Origin: an uncultured Gemmatimonadaceae bacterium
Lineage (GTDB): Bacteria > Gemmatimonadota > Gemmatimonadetes > Gemmatimonadales > Gemmatimonadaceae
Direction of reading: 5' to 3'
DNA: 64,000 bases
Assembly: GCA_963817445.1 (NCBI GenBank)
Contig: CAWFOG010000028.1
Location: 30,379 to 94,378, forward strand
The translations under genes and the position numbers were made by a program. The notes under the pieces are model-generated. The model had not been told where the DNA came from and searched no databases. It worked only from the letters and a program-made list of their open reading frames with translations. Shown here one piece after another: positions 27,062-37,951 of this stretch; position 1 is the first letter of the stretch; each line of letters begins with the position of its first letter.

Positions 27062-29267
27062 ATGAACCGAAGACTCGCAGGTGCCCTGTGCTCGTCGATC
27101 GTGCTTGGCTTCCTTGGTCGGAACCTCGGGGCGCAACAGGCCGGGCTGGCAAGGCCGCCGATCGCGCCGGTGCGAGCGGTGATCGACGACTATTTCGGTA
27201 CGAAAGTCGTCGACAACTATCGCTACTTCGAGAACCTTAAAGATCCCGAAGTGCAGCAGTGGATGAAGGCGCAGGCCGACTATACACACGCCGTGTTGAG
27301 CGCGCTCCCCGGCCGCGACGCTCTGCTCGCGCGACTGCGACAGCTCGACTCGGCGCAGCGCGCCGTGCTAGTCAATTTCTGGCGACGGCCGGGCGACCGA
27401 TATTTCTACCTCAAGCGACTCGCGGGGGAAAACGCCACCAAGCTGTACGAACGTGACGGTCTCGATGGCCATGAGCGTATGCTCGTCGATCCGACCACGA
27501 TCTCCCTCGCTCCGTCGAACCAAGGCAGGGGTCCGAGCACCATTGAAGTCGTCACCATCTCGGACGACGGTCGATACGTCGCGCTCGGCATCACGCCGGG
27601 CGGCGCAGAGCAGAATAACGAGGTGCATGTCATCGCCACCGCGACGGGAACCGAGACCGGCGACGTGATCCTGCACGGGGACGGCTGGGTGAGCTGGCTG
27701 CCAGGGAGCCGTTCGTTCTTCTACACCAGACATCCGGATCTTCCCGCCAACGCGCCGCGGACCGCGCGCGAACAGAAGGAACGCACCTATTGGCATGTGA
27801 TGGGAACTGACGAACGGCAAGACCACGCGGTCTTCGGCTACGGCGTGATTCCGTCCATCACCGTGGACTCGACGTACTCCGCCGATGTGGAAGTCGCGTC
27901 GCGGTACGCCGTGGCGTCGCTGCGCAACGGAACGTCGCGCAGCCGCGAGTTCTACGTTGCGCCGATCGACGCCATCGGCAAGACCGATGTTCAGTGGCGC
28001 AAGGTGGTCGGCTTCGTCGACCAAGTTTCGGATGCGACGGTACACGGTGACGACTTGTACCTGCTCAGCTTCAAGAATGCATCGCACTATCAGGTCCTGC
28101 GTACCGACGCGCGGCATCCCGATCTCGCCGCATGCGGAGGTGGTCGTTCCCGCGAGTGAAGCGGTCATTCGAGATCTCGACATCGCGGCGGACGCGCTGT
28201 ACTTGAACGTGTTCGATGGCGGAATCAATCGCGTGCTCCGGGTTCCCTTCGGGGCGCGGCCTCACGCCGAGTATCTCACGGCTTTCTCGACAAGCCAGAC
28301 GTTCGCCGCGACTGAAGCAACCGTGGACGGTGCACTGGTGGGGCTCGTCACTCCCACGTCGCAATCGGTGGTCTACGCGTATGATCCGCGGACGCGCGGC
28401 CTGGTCGACGCGAAGCTGCAGCCGGAAGGCCCGAACGATCATCCGTCGAATATCGAATCGGTCGAGGTCAAAGTCCGGAGCTACGACGGCACCATGGTGC
28501 CGCTCACGATTGTCTATCCGAAGGGGCTCGAGCGCGACGGATCGCATCCGACCCTGCTCACGGGCTATGGCGCCTACGGGACTTCGTCCACCGTCGGATA
28601 CTCTCCGACGCAACTCGCCGAGTACGAACTGGGCGTCGTGCGGGCCACGTGCCACGTGCGGGGCGGCGGTGAGTACGGCGAAGAATGGCACTTGGCCGGT
28701 AAGGAAGCGACCAAACCGAACACGTGGCGCGACTTCATCGCGTGCGCGGAGTACCTGATCGCGCAGGGATACACGTCGCCCGCACATCTGGCCGGCTTCG
28801 GCGGGAGTGCCGGCGGCATCCTGATCGGCCGCGCGATCGAGGAGCGCCCCGATCTCTTTGCCGCCGCGATGGCCGGTGTGCCGCTCGCCGACTTGGTCCG
28901 TAACGAAACCACGGCAAACGGCGGCCCGAACATCCCCGAGTTCGGCAGCACGAAGACCGAGGCGGGCTTCCGCGCACTCTATGCGATGAGTCCTTTCGCC
29001 AACGTCGCGGACGGCGTGAAGTATCCCGCCGTGCTGGTCACCACCGGCATCAACGATCCGCGCGTCGACCCGTGGGAGCCGGCCAAGTTCGCGGCACGCT
29101 TGCAGGCGGCTACGACGAGTGGAAAGCCGGTGCTCCTCCGCGTGGATTACTCCGCCGGCCACGGCGTCGCCTCTAGCCACGAACAGGGTCTGGAGCTTGA
29201 GGTCGACAGCTGGAGCTTCGTGCTCTGGCAGACCGGCCACCCGGCGTTTCAGCCGCTCAAGCCATGA
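27062..29267 (+). pseudogene. S9A prolyl oligopeptidase family protein (copy 2), one +1 frame break near 28130
   Basis: ORF 26852..28159 ends ...LRTDARHPDLA. ORF 27885..29267 continues HAEVVVPASEAV...GFGGSAGGILIG...SAGHG. The junction reads GCC-g-CAT. Confidence 0.85.
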
Positions 29268-29346
29268 TAAGCATTCCAGAAAGTGTGCACGAAGTCCCTA
29301 CCAACCGCCGGCGCTCAGCCACCGGCCTCAGAGCGGAGCGATTCGT

Positions 29347-29829
29347 ATGAGACGTGCAGAACTCTTCGTGACGACGGCAGCGTTGGTCGTTGGCGCCGCC
29401 AACCTCCGCGCCCAGACGCCGAACTTCGCAGGCACGTGGACCCGGATCGTCGACGCGAGTGCCCCGGCAGCGAACATCGCCGGCGAGCCGGATGCGTTGA
29501 CGATCGTGCAAGACTCGAACACGCTGACGATGACGCAGCAGATGACGCGCGGCAGTGCGCCGGGGCTCGTCTTCAACCTCGACGGCACCGACCGCAAGAC
29601 TATGACGAGGAACCGCGACGGCGACCAATCCGAAACGGTTACGCGCGCCAAGTGGGATGGCTCGACCTTCGTCGAGACGGTGATCCGCAATTTGAACGGT
29701 GCGAGCGTCGTCTCCGCCACATTTGCCTTGTCGCTCGACGCCTCAGGTCACCTCGTGGTCGTCGTCACCCGGACACCGCTCGGCGGCGGCAATCCGGTGA
29801 CCACGACCTCGTCATTTAAGAAGAGCTGA
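29347..29829 (+). CDS. small secreted protein (module partner 2)
   Basis: MRRAELFVTTAALVVGAANLRAQTPNFAGTWTR...KWDGSTFV. Confidence 0.65.
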   Translation: MRRAELFVTTAALVVGAANLRAQTPNFAGTWTRIVDASAPAANIAGEPDALTIVQDSNTLTMTQQMTRGSAPGLVFNLDGTDRKTMTRNRDGDQSETVTRAKWDGSTFVETVIRNLNGASVVSATFALSLDASGHLVVVVTRTPLGGGNPVTTTSSFKKS

Positions 29830-29853
29830 TCGACGCGCCCGTGTACGCCAGCG

Positions 29854-30384
29854 CTATCGGTTGTATCGCTGCTGCAACTCCAGATAGCTCTCGACCGTCT
29901 TCCGGATCCTGACGCGCTCTTCTGGCGTCGTCTCGCGGCGCACGCGGCCCGGCACGCCGATCACCAGCGAGTTGCGCGGAATGACCATGCCTTCGGGGCA
30001 GACGGCGCCCGCCCCGACGATCGAGCCCGTGCCGACGTGCACACCGTTCAACAGGATCGCGCCCATCGCGATCAGGCAGTCGTCCTCGATCGTCGCCCCA
30101 TGCACGATCGCGCGATGGCCGATCGCCACGCGCTTGCCAATCGTCGTCGGCACGCCGTCGTCGACGTGCACGATCGTGCCGTCCTGCACGTTGCTGTCGT
30201 CGCCGATCGTGATCCGATCGGAGTCGCCGCGAATTACCGCCGTCGGCCACACCGATACGCGCGCGCCCAGCGTGACGTCGCCCAGGACAATGGCGGCGGC
30301 GTGGACAAATGCGGTCGGATGAATCGTGGGAGATGGCGGCACGGCGAGAAAAAGGAACCTATCTCGCGCCGCGCCAAGCGCCAT
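29854..30384 (-). CDS. gamma-carbonic-anhydrase-like / left-handed beta-helix (hexapeptide) family protein
   Basis: PTIHPTAFVHAAAIVLGDVTLGARVSVWPTAVIRGDSDRITIGDDSNVQDGTIVH... Confidence 0.8.
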   Translation of the reverse strand: MALGAARDRFLFLAVPPSPTIHPTAFVHAAAIVLGDVTLGARVSVWPTAVIRGDSDRITIGDDSNVQDGTIVHVDDGVPTTIGKRVAIGHRAIVHGATIEDDCLIAMGAILLNGVHVGTGSIVGAGAVCPEGMVIPRNSLVIGVPGRVRRETTPEERVRIRKTVESYLELQQRYNR

Positions 30385-30424
30385 TCTTGTGCGCGTTCAG
30401 CTACTAATTCTCGGCGCCGTCGCC

Positions 30425-31699
30425 TCAGCGCGGCTTATAGGTTACGCGCCAGATTCGGCCGCCTTGGTCGTCGCTGATGTATAGCGAGCCATCCGCCCCT
30501 TGGGCCAGTCCCGTCACGCGATGATTGGCGCCCTGTGGATTCATCATCGCTCCGGCAAATCCGGTGGCGAAGGGCGCGTAGTCCGCGGCAAGACCTTCCT
30601 TGAATTGCAGAAACACAATCTCGTACCCGTCCTCCGGCAGCGGCGCGCGGTGGGCCGACCCGTGAAAGGCGATGAACGCGCCGCCGCGATACTGCGGGGG
30701 GAACATCTTGCCCGAGTAAAACAGCATCGCCATCGGCGCCCAATGCGCGGGAAAGGCGATCAGCGGCTGGATGAGCCGCGCGCAGCGGCCCGCGGTCGAT
30801 TTGTCGCCGCCGTACTCCGGCGCGACCACGCGCTGCTGCTTTAGATAATCGTAATAGCAGTACGGCCAGCCGAAGTCGGGGTTGCGAGTCGTGGCGATGC
30901 GGATCATCTCTTCGCCCGCGGCCGTCGCACTCTCCTCGTCGCTGTACAGACTGGGCCACGACTCGTGGAGTCCGTCGCGCCCGTGCGACACGGCATACAC
31001 CATCGTGTCGAACGGGCTCACCGTGAGCGCGACGGCGTTGTGCAGGCCGGTCGCAATGCGCGTTCCGTCCTTCAGCCGCTGCGTGTCGCGGTCCGTGCGA
31101 AAGCTCCAGATGCCGCCGGCCGTCGCCAGTTCGGGACAGGGATCGCGCCCCGGAGTATTCGGCGCGCTGGTCGGCGCGCACGCGTCCGATGCGGCGCCGA
31201 TGTTGACGATCAGGTTGCCGCGGCGATCGATCGCTAGACTGTGCGACGGAATCGGTCGCGTGGCGAGACCGACGATCAATGTGTCGGGCTTTCGCTTTGG
31301 CGTGAGCGAGTCGCCGAGTCGGTAGCGCAGCACTTCGCTGGCGGTCGACACGTACAGCGTCGAGTCGCCGGCGAGAACGACACCATGCACGCCGCCTTCG
31401 TTGAACCGCTCGGCGACGTCCGCGCGTCCGTCGTGGTTCGTGTCGCGGAGCGCGAGGACCCCGCCCTTCTCTCGCCGCTGGTCGAGCAGGCCGACGTAGA
31501 CGTCGCCATTCCTGCGCACCGCGAGATGCCGCGCCGGCCCGATGCTTTCCGCGAACACCGTCGCGCAAAAACCCGGCGGCAACTTGATCGAGTCGTCACA
31601 GCCGCTCGCCGCCGACGCCGCGTGCTTGCCGCCGCACGCCGCCACGAGCAGCACTGTCGACGCGAATGATGTGAGACCGGCAGCGGGCGACCGAAACAT
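30425..31699 (-). CDS. PQQ-dependent sugar (sorbosone-type) dehydrogenase-like beta-propeller lipoprotein
   Basis: ATG 31699 gives the lipobox LLVAACGG. Segments such as LPPGFCATVFAE, HDGRAD, GFGWPYCYYD and GSLYISDDQGGRIWRVTY are typical of this family. Confidence 0.65.
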   Translation of the reverse strand: MFRSPAAGLTSFASTVLLVAACGGKHAASAASGCDDSIKLPPGFCATVFAESIGPARHLAVRRNGDVYVGLLDQRREKGGVLALRDTNHDGRADVAERFNEGGVHGVVLAGDSTLYVSTASEVLRYRLGDSLTPKRKPDTLIVGLATRPIPSHSLAIDRRGNLIVNIGAASDACAPTSAPNTPGRDPCPELATAGGIWSFRTDRDTQRLKDGTRIATGLHNAVALTVSPFDTMVYAVSHGRDGLHESWPSLYSDEESATAAGEEMIRIATTRNPDFGWPYCYYDYLKQQRVVAPEYGGDKSTAGRCARLIQPLIAFPAHWAPMAMLFYSGKMFPPQYRGGAFIAFHGSAHRAPLPEDGYEIVFLQFKEGLAADYAPFATGFAGAMMNPQGANHRVTGLAQGADGSLYISDDQGGRIWRVTYKPR

Positions 31700-31819
31700 T
31701 GCGCCCACCCCGCTTGCACGAACCGTGCTTGTTTCGTCTGGCTGTGAAGTCTGACGCCAGAGCTCCGACGTCACCCCGATCGCACAACGCCCAACGCACA
31801 ACGCCCAACGCCCAACGCC

Positions 31820-34804
31820 CTAGAACGACACTCCCGCCACCACGTACGCCTGTACCGATCGCTGCCCAAACAGCGCTCCATCGTGCAGCGGCGACGCGAT
31901 ACCGACGCGAAAACGGTACGGTGCATCCCACGACAACACGCCGAGGTTGAGATTCAGCTCCGCGCCGGCCGACGCGAGGTAGAATCGATTCGTCAGGATT
32001 GGTGTGTCGACGTTGCACACCTCACGGTTCGTCGCGATGCTCGGACACCAAGCGGTACCGTAGTCGCTGAACAATGCAAGCGACGCCCGGTCGAGGAAGA
32101 AGGGCAACGTGCCCGGAGCGCGGCCAGGTAAGAACAGCGGAATTCTGTATTCGGCTGAGGCCGTGTACGCTTGCGTGCCGACGAGCGTGCCGGACGGGAA
32201 CCCGCGCACGGGAAAAGTGTGCGCGTCTTCGCCGATCACGTAGCCCGGTATGACTTGAAATGGCGATCCGTTGATGCCGCCGACGGCGAAATAGCCGTTC
32301 GCCCGCTCGTCCGCGTAGCCGGCCGAACCGTGCAGCGCGAGCACGTGGTGCGCAAAGCCTGGGAAATCGAGCGACTTGAAAATCGACCCCTGTGCGACCG
32401 TGCTCAAACTCTGTCCCTCGTTGCCGGTCGGCCCGCTCACCAGGCGATCGCGCGTGGTGACATTGAACTGCACGCCGTCCTCCGGCGAAATACTGAACGG
32501 CGGACGTTGATAGTTCGCAAAGCCGGCGCCGGCGATCAGCGTCGGCGTGTTGACCGCGCCGAGCGCACCGTTCGAGTCGATCAGCGTGAGCAATCCGTTT
32601 GGCGTGCTGGCGCTCGTGCGCCGCTCGAACCCGACGCCGCCGGTGACCGACAACGAGGTGCGATACCGTTGACGCAGCCACGTCGCGAGCACGTCCGAGT
32701 CCCACGTGCGCCGGCGAACTTCGCCGAGAAAGGTGCGCGCCGCGTCGCGGTCGAATACGCCGCCGAGGCTCTGCCACTCCTGATCGGCGTCGACTTGAAT
32801 GATCGGAAGGCCGAAGCCGCTGTACTGATAGGTGACGTTGCCGACGACGCCGGTATTGTTCGTCGGTATTTCGACGGTGGCGGAGATCGCGTGGCGGCCG
32901 ACAACGTCGGACCCGCTGGTCATCGCACCCAAGCGATAGCCCCCGTCGATTCCCGGATCGATGACCGGCAGCCAGTAGCGCGGGACGAACGACGGCCACG
33001 GGTTGTACGCCGTGACGCGCCCGCTGTCGACAATGATCGGCACGGCGGCATAGCGTGGCACGGAGTCGCGATAGTCGGCAACGCGCACCGCGCCGCTCGT
33101 GCAGCACGCACCGACGCCGAGGTGATAGCCGTCGCCGCGAAACAGCACGGCGGCCGCCTGGTCGGTACGTGGCGCGCTCGCCGGTTCGAACAGACCCGTC
33201 GCGGCGCGGCTCAACCGGTAGGTCGTCGCGCCGGCAAAGGCGCGTGCGTCGTCAAAGCGCTCGAGATACATCTGCGTCTCGCCGGTGCGATCGGAGGCGT
33301 ACAGCACACCGGAATCTCCAGGGATCCAGCTCGGTGTCGACTCGATCGACACGCCGCTCGACACGACGTGCACGATGCGCCCCGTCGTATCGATGACCAC
33401 GATCTGCGAAATGTTGCCGCGGATCCACCGCGACGCGACGATGAGTGTTCCTGAATGCGACCATCGCGGCTCGGTCCACTGCTCGTCGTAGCTGCCGGCG
33501 GTGAGCGGGGTGACCTGTTTGCCGTCGTGCGACACGCGAACCAGGCGCGTGGCGCCGGGAATGATCTGCTGGGCGACGATCGCGCCGTCGGCGCGCGCGT
33601 CGGGATCGGTGAGTCGCTGGCCAAAGGTGAGTTGGTGCTCTCTATGGCCCCGCTGCACCCACAAATCCGAGCGCTGCTGATACGGATTCACGAAATCGAG
33701 CTGCGCGTACAGATACTCGCCGTTGCCGAACGGAACGTTTGGCGACTGGCTGTTGCGCCGCCCAACACGTCGCCGCTTGCCGTTCAAGTCGACGCGAAAG
33801 GCGCCGAAGCTCTCGCGGCCGGGCGCGCCGCTGTAGATGATCGACGAATCGGATGTCCAGCGCGGAGCGAAGACGTACACGCCATCGTTGGTGAGCTGCC
33901 GCCAATTTGCGAGCGGCGCGGTCGCAGCGGTGGCGACCGAACGTGCGACAGAGTCGCGGAACTCGCGCCACGCCGTCGTGAAGGTCACGCCGAATCCCGC
34001 TTTGGCGGGGATGTCGATCAAATACGGAATGAGTTCAGCGCTCGACTTTTCGACGAACGTGTGCACGCTCGCTTCGCCGTGCGTGCGCGCCAGGTAGTCG
34101 ATGAACAGCGAGCCGTACGCGTACGCGGATTCGCCGAAGGGAAAGCTGCCCTGCGCGAGGCTCAACCCGCCGATCGGCGGAAAGCTGTGGTCGATCGCCG
34201 CCGCGCGCGCGATCATGCGATGTTCGGAGCCTTCGACACGCCCCGCACCGGTGAGCTTCGACTCCTCATAGACCGCGAGTCCCTCGATCAACCACGAGGG
34301 TGAATAGACATTTGGAAAGAGCAGCGCGGCGCGTCCGAACACATGCTGGCCGAGCGACCAGATGCCCCGCGTACGATCGAGGTGGAAGATGTGCGTCAGC
34401 TCGTGCGTGATGACCATCTGTCCCCAGTCGTTCGTATAGCGCAGCGCCGACTCGGAGACGGGTGGGTTGGCGTAGACGATGATGCGATTGGTCGGAAAGG
34501 GCGTTGCCGATCCGTTCGAAAAATCGACGTCGTCAGAGATGACGAGGTCGATCCGCCCGCGCGGCGGGTGCAGCTGCAGCGCGAGCTCGCCGTACGCCCG
34601 CTCGGCGTCGGCCGCGATGCGACGCGCGAGCCCCTCGAGCGGCGGTGTGAACTGAACGTTGAAGTGTTGGGTGCGGAGCGTGCGCCAGTCGAGGTTCGGT
34701 GCCACCTGCGCGCGCAGCGGCGCGGCGGCGAGCGCGATGCCGAGCAGCGCGCCGGCTGCGGCGCCAAGGGCTGAGTACACCACCCTTGGCGCGGAGCGAC
34801 TCAT
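31820..34804 (-). CDS. large envelope protein: gluzincin metalloprotease domain (HELTH...EGLAVYEE) + TolB-like beta-propeller region + C-terminal beta-barrel
   Basis: Signal peptide after ATG 34804. MVITHELTHIFHL and WLIEGLAVYEES. The C-terminus ends ...YVVAGVSF (aromatic terminal residue). The ATG overlaps the stop of the amidase gene (ATGA). Confidence 0.6.
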   Translation of the reverse strand: MSRSAPRVVYSALGAAAGALLGIALAAAPLRAQVAPNLDWRTLRTQHFNVQFTPPLEGLARRIAADAERAYGELALQLHPPRGRIDLVISDDVDFSNGSATPFPTNRIIVYANPPVSESALRYTNDWGQMVITHELTHIFHLDRTRGIWSLGQHVFGRAALLFPNVYSPSWLIEGLAVYEESKLTGAGRVEGSEHRMIARAAAIDHSFPPIGGLSLAQGSFPFGESAYAYGSLFIDYLARTHGEASVHTFVEKSSAELIPYLIDIPAKAGFGVTFTTAWREFRDSVARSVATAATAPLANWRQLTNDGVYVFAPRWTSDSSIIYSGAPGRESFGAFRVDLNGKRRRVGRRNSQSPNVPFGNGEYLYAQLDFVNPYQQRSDLWVQRGHREHQLTFGQRLTDPDARADGAIVAQQIIPGATRLVRVSHDGKQVTPLTAGSYDEQWTEPRWSHSGTLIVASRWIRGNISQIVVIDTTGRIVHVVSSGVSIESTPSWIPGDSGVLYASDRTGETQMYLERFDDARAFAGATTYRLSRAATGLFEPASAPRTDQAAAVLFRGDGYHLGVGACCTSGAVRVADYRDSVPRYAAVPIIVDSGRVTAYNPWPSFVPRYWLPVIDPGIDGGYRLGAMTSGSDVVGRHAISATVEIPTNNTGVVGNVTYQYSGFGLPIIQVDADQEWQSLGGVFDRDAARTFLGEVRRRTWDSDVLATWLRQRYRTSLSVTGGVGFERRTSASTPNGLLTLIDSNGALGAVNTPTLIAGAGFANYQRPPFSISPEDGVQFNVTTRDRLVSGPTGNEGQSLSTVAQGSIFKSLDFPGFAHHVLALHGSAGYADERANGYFAVGGINGSPFQVIPGYVIGEDAHTFPVRGFPSGTLVGTQAYTASAEYRIPLFLPGRAPGTLPFFLDRASLALFSDYGTAWCPSIATNREVCNVDTPILTNRFYLASAGAELNLNLGVLSWDAPYRFRVGIASPLHDGALFGQRSVQAYVVAGVSF

Positions 34805-36711
34805 TGCGGCGCGAACGTGCGGAAGTAGGCCTCGATGCCGTCGGCGACGCCGCGCGCGTAGCGCTCCTGATACTCTGGAGTCCTCAAGGCGCTTTCCTGT
34901 TCCGGCACCATGAGAAACGCTCCTTCGCAAATGAGCGATGGCATCCACGTCGTCCGTCCAATGGAAATGTTCTGATAATGGACACCCAAGTCGCGCAGTC
35001 CCAGCTCGCGCATCATCCCGGCTTGCACCAGGCGGGCGAGCGGCTCCGTCTGCGGATGAAAGTACAGTGTGCTCGTCCCCACGTTCGGGAACGGGTCGAC
35101 CCCGTCGCCGAACGCATTGAGATGAATCGAGACGAGCGCCGCGGCGTTCGCGCGGCGGGCGATGACGCTCCGCAGCCGCAAGTCGACGGCGTCCATGGTG
35201 GTGCGCGTCATGACGACATGCGCGCCGCGCTGCTCGAGCAGATCGCGCAGCCGCTCGGCGATGGGGAGAACAGCCTGGGCCTCGGTCAGCGACGTCGGCC
35301 CGATCGCGCCGCCCGGCGGATGGCCCGGATCCACGGTGATCGTGAGGCCTTCGAGCGGGTGCGCGAGCGACACGTGCGGCGGCCGGCGCAGCCGAAGAAT
35401 GAGTCCGCGGGCGGGATCGTAAAAGACGAGATAGCCGTACGGTTGCTGCGACAGCGCAAAGGTGAACCGCACGCGGTCGGACGCCTCAGGCACCCAGTTG
35501 ATGTACCGCACCAGCGAATCGTTCTGTAAGAATTTGATGATTTCGGGCGACGCTTCCGTGCCGTACAGCGTGAGCGTGATCCGGTCGAGCTCCTGTTCGA
35601 CGAGATACGGCGGCGGCGACGACACCGGCATCACGACGTCGACCCACTCCGCGGACGGGATGAGCGTCGTCTGCCCAACGACGCGATGCGGCGACGGGTA
35701 GCCCGCCGGCAGCGGCCGCGCGCTCGCCGAATCGATCCACACCTCGAGTTGCGAGTCGAACCGCACGCGCACGTTGTCGCCGCTCCGGCCAGTCTGTTGG
35801 ACGACGGTACCCGGCGCGAGCATCCACTTGTACGTCCCTTGCGGCACCGTGCGCGCCACGAGCACGGCGTCGGTGTCGTCGAGCGCCGTGGGATCGTGGA
35901 GCGCGACCCACGCGAGCGTGTCCGGAAAAGCAACCCGCGACAGCGCGAAGTGCACCGTGTCGCTGCCGCGCGCGATGTACAGCACGCCGCCGGCGCGCAG
36001 ATCGCGCGCCGGTACGTCGGTGGCAAATGCATTCGCCGACGTGTTGAGCAGCGACGAGCGATGTCGATCGGCCACGACCCACGCCGCCGCGTTGACCGGC
36101 GCGCGCACGCTCACGCGGACCGGTTCGTTGTCGCGCAGCGCGAGCAATGCATCTCGGGGCGATGCACTGGCCGAGTCGACGACGAGGCGGCCGGTGAGCG
36201 CGAGATCCGGACGCGCCGGCGGCACGCGCACCGGCACGTCGAGGCGAACGCTGTCCGCGCCGTTGCGCACCAGCAGCTCGTAGCGCGGATCGGAAGCCGG
36301 CGGCACGGGAAGGTAGGCGAGAAAGGTCCCGTTGGGCGCGACCGTGACTGGCGCGCCGTTGATCGCCAGCGTCGCGTGCCCGTTGCCGACGGAGCCGAAG
36401 ATGAAATTCGAGTCGCGAACGGAGATGTTCTCGTTCGCTTCCGGATAGACGAGTTTGGGCGCGAGCGGCCCTTCGACCAGTGGAACGGCGGGCAGCGGCG
36501 GCGCCTGGCGTGGCGCGATGCCACGCTCGAAGGTCGGCACCGTGGGCGGCGAGATGGGCGGCGAGATCGGAGGCTGCACCGGTGCCGGTGCGGCTGTCGG
36601 TGACGATGCGACCGGCGCAGGCGTCGAACAGGCAACGACGAGCAGTCCGCCGAACAAGCCGGCGACGAGGGCCACTTTCACCGCGAATGATGACTCACGA
36701 CGGTTGCGCAT
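34801..36711 (-). CDS. N-acetylmuramoyl-L-alanine amidase (Amidase_3) lipoprotein with large N-terminal region
   Basis: Lipobox LLVVACS. C-terminal Amidase_3: ITVDPGHPPGG...VVMTRTT...RANAAALVSIHLNAF...ICEGAFLMVPEQE. Confidence 0.8.
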   Translation of the reverse strand: MRNRRESSFAVKVALVAGLFGGLLVVACSTPAPVASSPTAAPAPVQPPISPPISPPTVPTFERGIAPRQAPPLPAVPLVEGPLAPKLVYPEANENISVRDSNFIFGSVGNGHATLAINGAPVTVAPNGTFLAYLPVPPASDPRYELLVRNGADSVRLDVPVRVPPARPDLALTGRLVVDSASASPRDALLALRDNEPVRVSVRAPVNAAAWVVADRHRSSLLNTSANAFATDVPARDLRAGGVLYIARGSDTVHFALSRVAFPDTLAWVALHDPTALDDTDAVLVARTVPQGTYKWMLAPGTVVQQTGRSGDNVRVRFDSQLEVWIDSASARPLPAGYPSPHRVVGQTTLIPSAEWVDVVMPVSSPPPYLVEQELDRITLTLYGTEASPEIIKFLQNDSLVRYINWVPEASDRVRFTFALSQQPYGYLVFYDPARGLILRLRRPPHVSLAHPLEGLTITVDPGHPPGGAIGPTSLTEAQAVLPIAERLRDLLEQRGAHVVMTRTTMDAVDLRLRSVIARRANAAALVSIHLNAFGDGVDPFPNVGTSTLYFHPQTEPLARLVQAGMMRELGLRDLGVHYQNISIGRTTWMPSLICEGAFLMVPEQESALRTPEYQERYARGVADGIEAYFRTFAPQ

Positions 36712-36841
36712 GCGCGAAGTGTATGACGATTGAACGGTGCGGCGGTAGCAGGGCGCACGATCGGGTGCAATTCATTGACCAGCCGCCGGGCGGATCCCTA
36801 TATTCGCGTCTCATGGAAGTGTCCCCGCCGGAGGCCCTCGC

Positions 36842-37951
36842 GTGATGTTCTGTGCCTTCTGTGGACGGGAAAACGACGCCGGTGCGCGGTATTGCATCGA
36901 CTGCGGTAAGCCGCTCAACCCGTCCTCCACACGCGCCGGTCAACCCTACAGCTCTGCGTCGCAAACGACCACCGCATCCACGGCCTTGGGCCGCGGCGAT
37001 GTTGTGGCCACCGCACCCCGCGCCGGAGCGCCGGTCCGAATGCCGACGCAACCACTCGCGGCCCTCGTCGCGCACGACGGCGTGGTGAGCTGTCCGAATT
37101 GTGGCCAGCTGTCGAACGGGTTGCCCTTTTGCGGCTACTGCGGCACACACATCGCCGCGATGGTCGAATCGGGTATCTGTACGCAATGCGGCTCGACCTT
37201 CGCCAAGGGAATCGACCTGTTTTGCGCGCGGTGCGGCAAGCGTGTCGGCCAGCGCGTCGCGGTCGACTCGACGGCCATGCTGCCGCCGCCGGGAACAGGA
37301 CGCGACGCTGGACCTCGCATCTCGCTGCTCGGTGAGACGGGCGAGCCGGTGCGCGTCTATACCCTTGAACGGGGCGATGCGATCATCGGGCGGGGCGACG
37401 CCGACATTCGATTCGAAGACGACCCGTACCTGTCGCTGCAGCACGCGCGCCTCGAGTTGCGCGATGGCCAGCTCTGGCTTCGTGACCTGGGCTCGCGCAA
37501 CGGGAGCTGGGTGTTCATCCTCGAGCCGCTCAAACTCGGCAACGCCGATCTCATACTGATCGGCGCGCAACTCCTGCGCTTTCGGCGGCTCGGCTACCCC
37601 GGGCCACATCTCCCCGAGGCCGACTCGACGCGGCGCATGGGGTCGGCCGTCCCAGCGATCGATCTCGCCGTGATGGAGCAGTTGCGCGCCGACGGCAGCG
37701 TGCGCGACGTGTTCCATCTGTCCTCCGGTCGCCCGGTCACGCTTGGACGCGAATCCGGCGACTGGATCTTTCCGTACGACGCCACCATGAGCGCGCGCCA
37801 CGCCGAAATTCGCTCTGTCGACAACGACTTCTACGTCCACGACGCGCAGAGTCGCAACGGCGTCGCCACCGCGGTGCGCGGCGAGCGCGTGGTGCGTCCC
37901 GGTCAGGGCATTCTTGTCGGCGATCAACTGTTGCGCGTGGAGTCCGTGTGA
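36842..37951 (+). CDS. zinc-ribbon + double FHA domain protein
   Basis: CAFCGRENDAGARYCIDCG and further CxxC pairs. FHA-like GRGDADIRFEDDPYLSLQHARLELRDGQLWLRDLGSRNGSWV, and a second FHA ending SRNGV. Confidence 0.8.
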   Translation: MMFCAFCGRENDAGARYCIDCGKPLNPSSTRAGQPYSSASQTTTASTALGRGDVVATAPRAGAPVRMPTQPLAALVAHDGVVSCPNCGQLSNGLPFCGYCGTHIAAMVESGICTQCGSTFAKGIDLFCARCGKRVGQRVAVDSTAMLPPPGTGRDAGPRISLLGETGEPVRVYTLERGDAIIGRGDADIRFEDDPYLSLQHARLELRDGQLWLRDLGSRNGSWVFILEPLKLGNADLILIGAQLLRFRRLGYPGPHLPEADSTRRMGSAVPAIDLAVMEQLRADGSVRDVFHLSSGRPVTLGRESGDWIFPYDATMSARHAEIRSVDNDFYVHDAQSRNGVATAVRGERVVRPGQGILVGDQLLRVESV

